NCBI GenBank assembly: GCA_017853515.1
Contig: JAFMJK010000002.1
Coordinates: 1-35,975 of the forward strand
DNA length: 35,975 bases
Direction: 5' to 3'
Source: Chthoniobacterales bacterium
GTDB lineage: Bacteria > Verrucomicrobiota > Verrucomicrobiia > Chthoniobacterales > JACTMZ01
Shown: positions 1 through 7,036 of the stretch, one piece after another
How the letters are laid out: every line of letters starts with the position of its first letter
Position numbering within the stretch: the stretch's first letter is position 1
The notes under the pieces: model-generated
What the model was told of the DNA's origin: nothing
What the model saw: only the letters and a program-made list of their open reading frames with translations
Database searches by the model: none
Position numbers and translations under genes: made by a program

Positions 1-137
1 CCTTGCCCCTCTTCGTTTCCTTCGTTGGCTTCTGTGCAAATCCCTTCCGTCCGGCTTCGCGACCATCCCGCGCGAAAAAAGCATCCCGATCATTGCTTTC
101 AAGGGTGAAGGCGGAGAGATTCGCGGCGTTGAACGCC

Positions 138-1322
138 ATGCCATTCGTCCGCTTCGCCACGATCCTTCTGCTCCTTGCCTGCTGCGGCCAGGGGCAGAGG
201 TTGAGCCCGCTGGCCACGCGCCCCGACTGGTCCTCGCTGGAAAAATTCCAGGGCACGATCACCAAGGAGGAATTCACCCGCCTGCTCACCCAAGTCTACG
301 CCCCGCGCGAGGCGTGGCGGGAATACTTCACCGTGACCGATGACCACGTCACCGTCGTCACCGCCCCCGGCCAACCGCCCTTCCTCCTCGAATTCGCACC
401 CGACCAAGCGAGCGCCAAACCCGTCCCGCGTTATTGGCAACCCCGCCCCAGCCTGCGTGGACTGCGCATCGCGCTCGACCCGGGTCATCTCGGCGGCGAA
501 TGGGCCAAGACGGAGGAACGCTGGTTCCAAATCGGCAACCACAAACCCGTGACCGAAGGCGACATGGTGCTCCATGTGGCGAAGCTACTCAAAAGCGAAC
601 TCGAGCGCCGGGGAGCTTCCGTCTCGCTCACCCGCAGCAGTTCGAAACCAGCGACCAATCTTCGCCCGGAAAAACTCAAGGGCCCCGCGATCCAATCCCT
701 GCGCGACCAAGGCCGCGCAATCAATCCGGCCAGCCTCAAATCCGAAGCCGAGCGTCTCTTTTATCGCACCGCCGAAATCCGCGCGCGCGCCAGAAAAGTG
801 AACGGCCAGCTGAAACCCGATCTGGTCCTCGCGCTGCATTTCAACGCCGAAAGCTGGGGCAACCCCGCGCGCCCCACCCTCACCGGCCTCAACCACCTGC
901 ATCTTCTGGTCAGCGGATGCTACTCCGCGCGCGAGTTATCCTACGAGGACCAGCGCTACGACCTCATGGCCAAATTGCTCAATCGTTCCTACGACAAGGA
1001 AGTCGCCGTCTCGCGCGCCGTGGCCCAATCCATGGCCCGCGCCACGCGTCTGCCTCCCTACACCTACACGGGCGACTCCGCCATCAAGGTCGGTGGCTCA
1101 CCCTACGTTTGGGCGCGCAACCTTCTGGCCAACCGGCTTTTCGAATGCCCCGTGGTCTACCTCGAGCCCTACGTGATGAACAACAAGGAGGTCCACGACC
1201 GCGTCCAGCTGGGCGATTACACCGGGCGGCGCAACATCAACGGCACCCCGCGCGAAAGCATCTACCGCGAATACGTCCGCGGCGTGGTCGACGGGCTCGT
1301 CGCTTATTACGGAAGGAATTAG
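138..1322 (+). CDS. N-acetylmuramoyl-L-alanine amidase (Amidase_3 / AmiABC-like family), probable lipoprotein
   Basis: ORF 3..1322. The internal ATG at 138 gives a signal peptide MPFVRFATILLLLACCGQG with a lipobox-like LLAC. Amidase_3-type motifs GLRIALDPGHLGG and LVLALHFNAES are present. The first 45 codons of the tracked ORF start at a TTG at the window edge and look like read-through. Confidence 0.7.
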   Translation: MPFVRFATILLLLACCGQGQRLSPLATRPDWSSLEKFQGTITKEEFTRLLTQVYAPREAWREYFTVTDDHVTVVTAPGQPPFLLEFAPDQASAKPVPRYWQPRPSLRGLRIALDPGHLGGEWAKTEERWFQIGNHKPVTEGDMVLHVAKLLKSELERRGASVSLTRSSSKPATNLRPEKLKGPAIQSLRDQGRAINPASLKSEAERLFYRTAEIRARARKVNGQLKPDLVLALHFNAESWGNPARPTLTGLNHLHLLVSGCYSARELSYEDQRYDLMAKLLNRSYDKEVAVSRAVAQSMARATRLPPYTYTGDSAIKVGGSPYVWARNLLANRLFECPVVYLEPYVMNNKEVHDRVQLGDYTGRRNINGTPRESIYREYVRGVVDGLVAYYGRN

Positions 1323-1327
1323 ATCTG

Positions 1328-1354
1328 TAGCCGCGGCACAGAGTGCCGCGGCTA
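1328..1354 (+). terminator. Perfect 12-bp stem / 3-nt loop hairpin just after the amidase stop
   Basis: TAGCCGCGGCAC-aga-GTGCCGCGGCTA starts 6 nt after the stop at 1320-1322. It is followed by tatatcaaa, which is only weakly T-rich, so terminator function is uncertain. Confidence 0.35.
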
Positions 1355-1394
1355 TATCAAACGCCCATGTTGGGCTCACGAATGACGATCGGCG

Positions 1395-1460
1395 GGTAGG
1401 GACACGCGGCCCGCGTGTCCGTTTTTCAGAGAGCGGACGAGCGGGCCGCTCGTCCCTACC
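1395..1460. repeat. Nested double-hairpin palindromic element (closing stem GGTAGG/CCTACC around two related 9-bp hairpins)
   Basis: The layout is GGTAGG-[GGACACGCG gcc CGCGTGTCC]-gtttttcagagagc-[GGACGAGCG ggc CGCTCGTCC]-CTACC. The two hairpins are inverted copies. They differ only at two stem positions, and pairing is kept within each hairpin. Confidence 0.5.
1400..1426 (+). terminator. Rho-independent terminator candidate (hairpin A of the nested element)
   Basis: GGACACGCG-gcc-CGCGTGTCC (9-bp GC-rich stem) is immediately followed by GTTTTT (1421-1426). Confidence 0.55.
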
Positions 1461-1523
1461 TTAAGAGCTAAAGCCCACAATCTTTCGGGTTCGGTATTCT
1501 GCCGATCTCACCGATAGAAAAAT

Positions 1524-1550
1524 CCATCCGTGCCATCCGTGATATCCGTG
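1524..1550 (+). promoter_or_regulatory. Three tandem 9-bp direct repeats (CCATCCGTG CCATCCGTG ATATCCGTG) upstream of parA
   Basis: The repeats are read directly from the sequence. They end 18 nt before the parA ATG (1568) and sit just upstream of an AT-rich TAAAAT-like hexamer at 1553-1558. Operator or binding-site function is inferred. Confidence 0.45.
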
Positions 1551-1567
1551 GTTAAAAATTCCGCCTC

Positions 1568-2359
1568 ATGAAAGTCCTCGCGGTGGCCAACCAGAAAGGC
1601 GGTGTCGGCAAGACAACGACCTCGGTCAATCTGGCCGCCGGCCTTGCCGCCAAAGGCCAAAGCGTCCTCCTCGTCGATCTCGATCCGCAGGGCAACGCGA
1701 CCAGCGCGGTCGGGGCCGAGTTGGAAAACCCGCCGACCCTGTATGGTCCGCTCACCGGCGCCTCCGAAGTCGGAACGTGCCTCAGTCCCACGCGCATCCC
1801 GCACCTCACGCTCATCGCGGCCAACATCGACTTGGCCGGGCTCGAGATCGAAGTGGCCCGCATGGACGACCACCTTTTGCAGATCCGGCGCGCACTCCAG
1901 CCCCTGCGCGAGGCGGACGCCTTCGACTTCGCCATCCTCGATTGCCCGCCCTCCCTCGGCATCCTCATGACCAACGCCCTCGTGGCGGCCGACCAGCTCC
2001 TCGTTCCCGTGCAGTGCGAATACTATGCCCTCGAAGGCCTGGGCAAACTCATGTTCGTCATGGGCCAGATCCGCGAATCCGGCGCCAACCCCGATCTCAC
2101 GCTCTCCGGCCTCCTCATGACCATGTTCGACCGCCGCACGAATCTCGCCGAAGCCGTGGTCAAAGACGTGCGCGCGCATTTCCAGGAAGTGCTTTATGAC
2201 ACAGTCATCCCCCGCACCGTCCGCCTGAGCGAAGCGCCCAGCTTCGGCCGCACCATTTTCGAACACGACCCCCGCGGCCCCGGCGCCGAAGCCTACGGCA
2301 AACTGGCCCGAGAATTCCTCAAACGCCACGAAGACAAGCTCGCTTTTGTGAACGCTTGA
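1568..2359 (+). CDS. parA: ParA/Soj family chromosome-partitioning ATPase
   Basis: The N-terminus MKVLAVANQKGGVGKTTTSVNLAAGLA carries the deviant Walker A KGGVGKT. LLVDLDPQGN and DFAILDCPPSLG are typical Soj/ParA blocks. Length is 263 aa. Confidence 0.9.
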   Translation: MKVLAVANQKGGVGKTTTSVNLAAGLAAKGQSVLLVDLDPQGNATSAVGAELENPPTLYGPLTGASEVGTCLSPTRIPHLTLIAANIDLAGLEIEVARMDDHLLQIRRALQPLREADAFDFAILDCPPSLGILMTNALVAADQLLVPVQCEYYALEGLGKLMFVMGQIRESGANPDLTLSGLLMTMFDRRTNLAEAVVKDVRAHFQEVLYDTVIPRTVRLSEAPSFGRTIFEHDPRGPGAEAYGKLAREFLKRHEDKLAFVNA

Positions 2360-2455
2360 AGAGCGGACGCGCGGGGACCGGCTGCACCGTCGAAATACTT
2401 CGCATCCGCGCATTGACGCGATGGACGAATCCTTGTGCAATTCGCGCCGCCGACC

Positions 2456-3439
2456 ATGGACTGGGGACTCGCCATCGCCAATGTGCTCAATCCCGCCGCG
2501 CTCTTCTTCGCGCTGGGTTTCGCCGCCGTATTGTTCAAGACGGACCTGGAAATCCCCGCCCCGCTCCCGAAGCTTTTCTCGCTCTATCTCATCATCGCCA
2601 TCGGCTACACCGGCGGGACCAAACTCGCGGCGTCCGGCCTGAGCGGCACCGTGCTGCTTTACATCGCGGCGGCCGTATTCATGGCGTTGCTCGTGCCGGT
2701 CGCCGTCTTCTTCGCCCTGCGGAGACTCCTCTCCGTCTACGACGCCGCCGCCATGGCGGCGACATACGGTTCGATCAGCATCGTCACCTTCATCGTCGGC
2801 ACCGAGTTCCTCGACCGCAACGCACAGACTTACGGCGGCTACATGGTGGCCATCATGTCGCTCATGGAATCGCCCGCCATCGTCGCCGGCATTTTCCTTG
2901 TCCGCATGTTCGCCCCGCGCCGCACCCTCGCCGCGCCCAAGACCAACGCCGCTTCGCTCCTGCGCGAGTCGTTCCTCAACGCCTCGGTTTTCCTCCTTCT
3001 TGGAAGTTTGCTCATCGGCTGGGTCACCGGCCCGGCGCACGGCAAATCCCTCGAGACCTTCATGTCCGGGCTCTTCAAAGGCATGGTCATCTTCTTCCTC
3101 CTGGACACCGGCATGCATGCGGGGCGTCTCATCGGCATTTTCAAAAAAACCGGCGCACCGCTGGTGATCTTCGGGCTTGTCGCCCCGCTGGCCGGCGCCG
3201 CCCTCGGCCTCCTCGTGGCCAAGGGGATCGGCATGGCGCCCGGCGACGCGCTGCTCTTTGTCATCCTCTGCGCCAGCGCCAGCTACATCGTCGCCCCCGC
3301 CGCCATGCGACACGCCGTTCCCGAGTCGAATCCGGGACTGGTCGAACTCCTCTCCCTGGGCGTCACCTTCCCCTTCAACATCACCCTTGGCATCCCGCTC
3401 TACTGGATGGCCATCCGCTGGGTGTGGGGAGTGGACTGA
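2456..3439 (+). CDS. SbtA-family (sodium-dependent bicarbonate transport family) permease
   Basis: Polytopic membrane protein of 327 aa. Blocks LNPAALFFALGFAAVLFKTDLEIP...IIAIGYTGGTKL and DAAAMAATYGSISIVTF...LMESPAIVAGI resemble cyanobacterial SbtA. The ATG at 2456 is preferred to the GTG at 2435. No PII-like sbtB follows. Confidence 0.7.
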   Translation: MDWGLAIANVLNPAALFFALGFAAVLFKTDLEIPAPLPKLFSLYLIIAIGYTGGTKLAASGLSGTVLLYIAAAVFMALLVPVAVFFALRRLLSVYDAAAMAATYGSISIVTFIVGTEFLDRNAQTYGGYMVAIMSLMESPAIVAGIFLVRMFAPRRTLAAPKTNAASLLRESFLNASVFLLLGSLLIGWVTGPAHGKSLETFMSGLFKGMVIFFLLDTGMHAGRLIGIFKKTGAPLVIFGLVAPLAGAALGLLVAKGIGMAPGDALLFVILCASASYIVAPAAMRHAVPESNPGLVELLSLGVTFPFNITLGIPLYWMAIRWVWGVD

Positions 3440-3460
3440 GTCGCGGAACCTGGCCCCGCC

Positions 3461-4189
3461 TCAAAGCGCGAAGTCCGCGTCGGTCAAGCGGACATCGTGG
3501 CGGATGTTCGAACCGTCGATTTCGGTGGTGGCACCATCCGGCCGGGTTACGGTCATGCCCGCCGGTATGTTGCGCCCCGCGTCGTCCTTGGCCACTTGGG
3601 TCGTGGTAATGGTGCGGAGAAGTTGGCCCGAGACATCGTATTTTTCCACGCGCATGACAACGCGTTTGTCCGGGTCGATCCAGCTCCGCACTTTGCCGTG
3701 CGGCGAGTTGCCCGCGGGTCGCGATTCGAGAATGACGCAGTCCGCACGTCCAACGGATTCCTTTCCGGCCAATTCCTGCTTCGGCCAGAGGAAGAAATTC
3801 TCGATCACATCGGCGTAAGCGAGCCCGGTGCCGAACATGCCGCCGCTCCATTCCCCGCGGCCGATCCCGGAGCGCTCCCCCGCGGCGGAAATTTTCTCCC
3901 CGCGCGGCCATCCGCCTTTGCTCTGCGAAAGGACAACTTTCTCGCCCTTGCGTTGCTGAGGCCAGAGAACTTCGTAAACCGTCCGCGCGTTTCCGCCCGA
4001 GCGGAGTGATTTGATCTGCACCTGCAAGACTTGCCCGTCCGGTGCCTTCATTCGGACACGAGCCGAGGACTCGCCGTCCTCGACCAATGAGGCCATTTGT
4101 GACGCCAGCTGGCCGGCGTTCATACCCGGGTCCCCGGCGCGAAGGCTCGCCGCGGTCAGCAGAACGATCAGGAGGGGGAAAAGTTTCAT
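3461..4189 (-). CDS. Secreted LolA-like (outer-membrane lipoprotein-sorting family) protein
   Basis: This is the C-terminal 242 codons of the 614-aa tracked ORF, starting at ATG (complement of 4187-4189). The signal peptide MKLFPLLIVLLTAASLRAG has no Cys, so the protein is predicted to be soluble in the periplasm. The beta-rich body with RVVMRVEKYDVSGQLLRTITT resembles LolA_like family members that sit next to FtsX-type ABC transporters. Confidence 0.6.
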   Translation of the reverse strand: MKLFPLLIVLLTAASLRAGDPGMNAGQLASQMASLVEDGESSARVRMKAPDGQVLQVQIKSLRSGGNARTVYEVLWPQQRKGEKVVLSQSKGGWPRGEKISAAGERSGIGRGEWSGGMFGTGLAYADVIENFFLWPKQELAGKESVGRADCVILESRPAGNSPHGKVRSWIDPDKRVVMRVEKYDVSGQLLRTITTTQVAKDDAGRNIPAGMTVTRPDGATTEIDGSNIRHDVRLTDADFAL

Positions 4190-4221
4190 GCGCCCAACAT
4201 CCCTCGACGCGAACACCAGGG

Positions 4222-5337
4222 TCAACCCTGCAAGGCAGTGCTCGGCGAGAGGCGCGAGCTGCGCCATGCCGGATAAAGTCCGCTGACAATGCCGACCGCC
4301 ACCGCGATAAGCACGGCTTGGAGAGCCAAAGTCCAGCCGAGATCGGGCTCGAGAAATCCGCGCACGAAGGGCGTTTGCTCGAGAATGGCCAAGGTTACCG
4401 CGCCGAGCACCACCCCGACCACGCCGCCGAGAAATCCCATGACCGCGGATTCGCACAAAATAAGCGACATGATGCGCGCGCGGGACCAGCCGAGCGCGAG
4501 CAGGACGCCGATCTCGTGTTTGCGCTCGAACACGCTCATCAACATGGTGTTCATCACGCCGAGAACGCCGACGACCAGCGCGAGCAGGGAAGTGCTCCAG
4601 CTCATGGCTTGCGCCATGCGGAATCCCTGGCTGGTGCCGACCACCTCGCCCGCCTGGACGGCACGCAATCCCGGGTGCCTCGCCTCGATGTCGCGGCACA
4701 GCGATTCGATACCTTCGGGGGGAAGTCCGTCGGTCACGCGGATATTGATGAAGTTGGCGCGCCCTTCGTAGCCGGAGGCCGCCTGGAATCTGGGCAGGGC
4801 CATGTTGATCGCCCCGTTTTCCAGCACGGATTTGCCATCGACGATGCCGACCACGTCGAACTCCAGCGCTTCGACCTGCAATTTGTCGCCGGTCTTTTTG
4901 CCCAGCACCTCGGCGGCCAGCTTGCCGAGCACGACGGCGTTTTCCCGGGCGTCGCGCGGCATGCGCCCATCCACCACCTGCAGTTGTTCCCAGGTGAAAG
5001 ATTCCCACTCGCGCCCGTAGACGACCATCATGGGCGCGTCCTCCACACTGAGCATCTGCATGAGGGTGGCGTTCGCTTCCCCCACCCCGGGCATGGATGC
5101 GATCTCTTCGCGCACCGACTCCTCGAAGGCCTTGGGCATGATGCCGCCCTGCATGTTGCTCACCACGACATCGATTCCCACGGTGTCGAGCTGGTCCACC
5201 ACGCTTTTTTCGTAACCCGAGGCCATCCCGACGAGCGCCACCACGGCGGCGATGCCGATGGCGATGCCCAGGACGGTAAGGCCGGTCCGCACGGGACGGC
5301 GCCACAACCCGCGGAAGATGACCTGGAGAAAATTCAT
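4222..5337 (-). CDS. ABC transporter permease, MacB/FtsX type (N-terminal TM, large periplasmic domain, C-terminal FtsX 3-TM bundle)
   Basis: MNFLQVIFRGLWRRPVRTGLTVLGIAIGIAAVVALV is the typical MacB/LolCE/DevC N-terminus. The C-terminal FtsX region is ...RKHEIGVLLALGWSRARIMSLILCESAVMGFLGG.... Start ATG is at the complement of 5335-5337, 4 nt after the upstream stop. Confidence 0.85.
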   Translation of the reverse strand: MNFLQVIFRGLWRRPVRTGLTVLGIAIGIAAVVALVGMASGYEKSVVDQLDTVGIDVVVSNMQGGIMPKAFEESVREEIASMPGVGEANATLMQMLSVEDAPMMVVYGREWESFTWEQLQVVDGRMPRDARENAVVLGKLAAEVLGKKTGDKLQVEALEFDVVGIVDGKSVLENGAINMALPRFQAASGYEGRANFINIRVTDGLPPEGIESLCRDIEARHPGLRAVQAGEVVGTSQGFRMAQAMSWSTSLLALVVGVLGVMNTMLMSVFERKHEIGVLLALGWSRARIMSLILCESAVMGFLGGVVGVVLGAVTLAILEQTPFVRGFLEPDLGWTLALQAVLIAVAVGIVSGLYPAWRSSRLSPSTALQG

Positions 5338-5341
5338 GGAG

Positions 5342-6034
5342 TCAGCTTGCGGAGACGATTTGTCCGTCCTTGATGCGGACAATGCGCGTGCCGTGGCGCG
5401 CCAGTTCCTGGTCGTGGGTCACCATGACAAGGGTGACCCGGTGCTCTTCGCGCAAACGCAGGAGGATATCCATGACATGCGCGGAGTTTTTGCTGTCGAG
5501 ATTGCCGGTCGGTTCGTCGGCCAAGAGGATGGCCGGGCGGTTGGCCAGGCTCCGGGCGATGGCCGCGCGCTGGCGTTCTCCGCCGGACAGCTTCACCGGG
5601 AGATGATCGAGACGGTGGCCGAGCCCGACAGCCTCGAGCAGTTCGACGGCGCGGGCCCGCCGCTCGCGCGGCGAACCGGGCAGCCCGAACATGGGCATCT
5701 GCACGTTTTCCTCCACCGTGAAATTGGGAAGGAGATGGAAGGATTGGAAGATGAACCCGATCTCCCGCGCGCGGTAAGCCGCGGGGTCGCCGATCCCGGA
5801 CAAATCGCGGCCGCGGAAATGCAATTTCCCCGACGAGGGCCGGTCGAGCAAGCCGAGCATGTTGAGCAAGGTCGTCTTGCCGCAGCCGCTCGGACCCACG
5901 ATGGAAACGAATTCGCCTTGCCCGATGGTCAAATCGACCCCGCGCAACGCGGCGACGCGGCCGTCGTCGTATTCTTTGGTCAGACCCGCCGCCTCGTAGA
6001 CGATCTCGCCGGACGGAACTGCGGGCGCGGACAT
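5342..6034 (-). CDS. ABC transporter ATP-binding protein (MacB/LolD-like)
   Basis: Walker A GPSGCGKTT, signature LSGGERQRAAIARSL, Walker B ILLADEPTGNLD and the H-loop VTLVMVTHD are all present. The start at MSAPAV (6034) avoids overlap with the desaturase stop at 6043-6045. Confidence 0.9.
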   Translation of the reverse strand: MSAPAVPSGEIVYEAAGLTKEYDDGRVAALRGVDLTIGQGEFVSIVGPSGCGKTTLLNMLGLLDRPSSGKLHFRGRDLSGIGDPAAYRAREIGFIFQSFHLLPNFTVEENVQMPMFGLPGSPRERRARAVELLEAVGLGHRLDHLPVKLSGGERQRAAIARSLANRPAILLADEPTGNLDSKNSAHVMDILLRLREEHRVTLVMVTHDQELARHGTRIVRIKDGQIVSAS

Positions 6035-6042
6035 GGGCGGGA

Positions 6043-7008
6043 CTATTCCGCGGTGGCCCACTGCGCGCCGACGCGGGGATCGTGCAGGCGCTTGATCAAA
6101 TCAGCGAAGGCGGAGCGGTAATTCGGGAAGGGCGCGGTGTCGCCGCCGTCCTTCGGCTCGATCAGAGCGACATGCTCGACCAACTCGTCGCAGGGAATGG
6201 AACTCTTGGCGTGGTGCACGCCGTGGAGCGGCTGATGGAGCAAACTCAGCGCGACAAAGCGACCGGGGGTCGTTTCCACGATGATGCTACGGGTGGCGCT
6301 GCGCGCGCTGTTGCCGCTCAGTCCGACGTGCTCGATGTATTTGCGCCAGCTCTGCATGTTGCCGGCGATGAAAGCCGGGATGAAGTAAAGGACGAGGAAC
6401 CAGTTCCAGACGTTGAACCAAGCGACGAGGGCAAGTGCGGTGGTCCAGAGCAGGATCATGCCTGCGGTTTCGATCCAGATCCGTTTGCGCACCGTCTTGT
6501 TCGTCACGGGCGACGGATTTTCGAGGAAGACGCGCCAGAAAAGATACGGCGTGTAGAAAAAACCGAAATTGAGTTCGAGGAACGCGGCCGCGCGACGCCA
6601 CCAGAGCGGCTGTTGCGGATCGACGAAGGGCCAAAGCTCGAGATCTTTGACCGTGGCGAGATTGACGTGGTGCTTCTGGTGAAGGGCGCGGTAGAGCGTG
6701 AAAGGCGTGAGGCTGATCATGCCGACCAGCTGGCCGTCGAATTCGTTGAGCCATTTCCATTGGCGAAGGTTCCCGTGCGCCGCCTCGTGGTAGGCGATGA
6801 GCATGGCGTGCATGAAGTGGCTCGAGACGAGCATCAGCGGGACAATGAGCCACAGGAAGGCCGTGTGCCCGGAGACATATTTGTACATGCACCAGGCGAG
6901 CAGGGCGGCGCTGCCATAGGTGCCGACCATCACCCAAGTGAAAGATGTGCGGCACGGCCATGGTTCCTCGTGCGAGGCAAGGGCCGGGCTTTTTGCGGTC
7001 ATGTGCAT
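6043..7008 (-). CDS. Membrane fatty-acid desaturase family protein
   Basis: This is the last 321 codons of the 575-aa tracked ORF. Three histidine boxes are present: HEAAH (6775-6789), HQKHH (6667-6681) and HGVHH (6211-6225). There are several hydrophobic spans. The start is MHMTAK (7008 or 7002). Confidence 0.8.
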   Translation of the reverse strand: MHMTAKSPALASHEEPWPCRTSFTWVMVGTYGSAALLAWCMYKYVSGHTAFLWLIVPLMLVSSHFMHAMLIAYHEAAHGNLRQWKWLNEFDGQLVGMISLTPFTLYRALHQKHHVNLATVKDLELWPFVDPQQPLWWRRAAAFLELNFGFFYTPYLFWRVFLENPSPVTNKTVRKRIWIETAGMILLWTTALALVAWFNVWNWFLVLYFIPAFIAGNMQSWRKYIEHVGLSGNSARSATRSIIVETTPGRFVALSLLHQPLHGVHHAKSSIPCDELVEHVALIEPKDGGDTAPFPNYRSAFADLIKRLHDPRVGAQWATAE

Positions 7009-7036
7009 CGGAGCAGACTGGTCGAAACGGGACTTC

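Noticed and set aside
1524-1550. Reading the 9-mer array upstream of parA as DnaA boxes, marking oriC
   Set aside because: ATATCCGTG and CCATCCGTG share only the TATCC/ATCC core with the TTATCCACA consensus and differ at three of the last four positions. No AT-rich unwinding element or dnaA/dnaN gene is nearby. It is kept as a generic operator-like repeat instead.
1508-3313. 601-aa minus-strand ORF
   Set aside because: It is antisense to parA (unambiguous Walker A and Soj blocks) and the SbtA-like permease. Its composition is Gly/Glu/Asp/Arg-rich low complexity.
4190-5305. N-terminal ~370 codons of the 614-aa ORF that ends as the LolA-like protein
   Set aside because: This part overlaps the FtsX permease gene in another frame and is Arg/Gly-rich. 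An internal ATG at 4189 gives a clean signal peptide and sits 32 nt after the permease stop.
6035-6061. Upstream start (MGHRGIVPP...) for the ABC ATPase
   Set aside because: It would overlap the desaturase 3' end by 19 nt and adds non-conserved residues. The MSAPAV start at 6034 gives a normal distance to the Walker A motif. Uncertainty remains.
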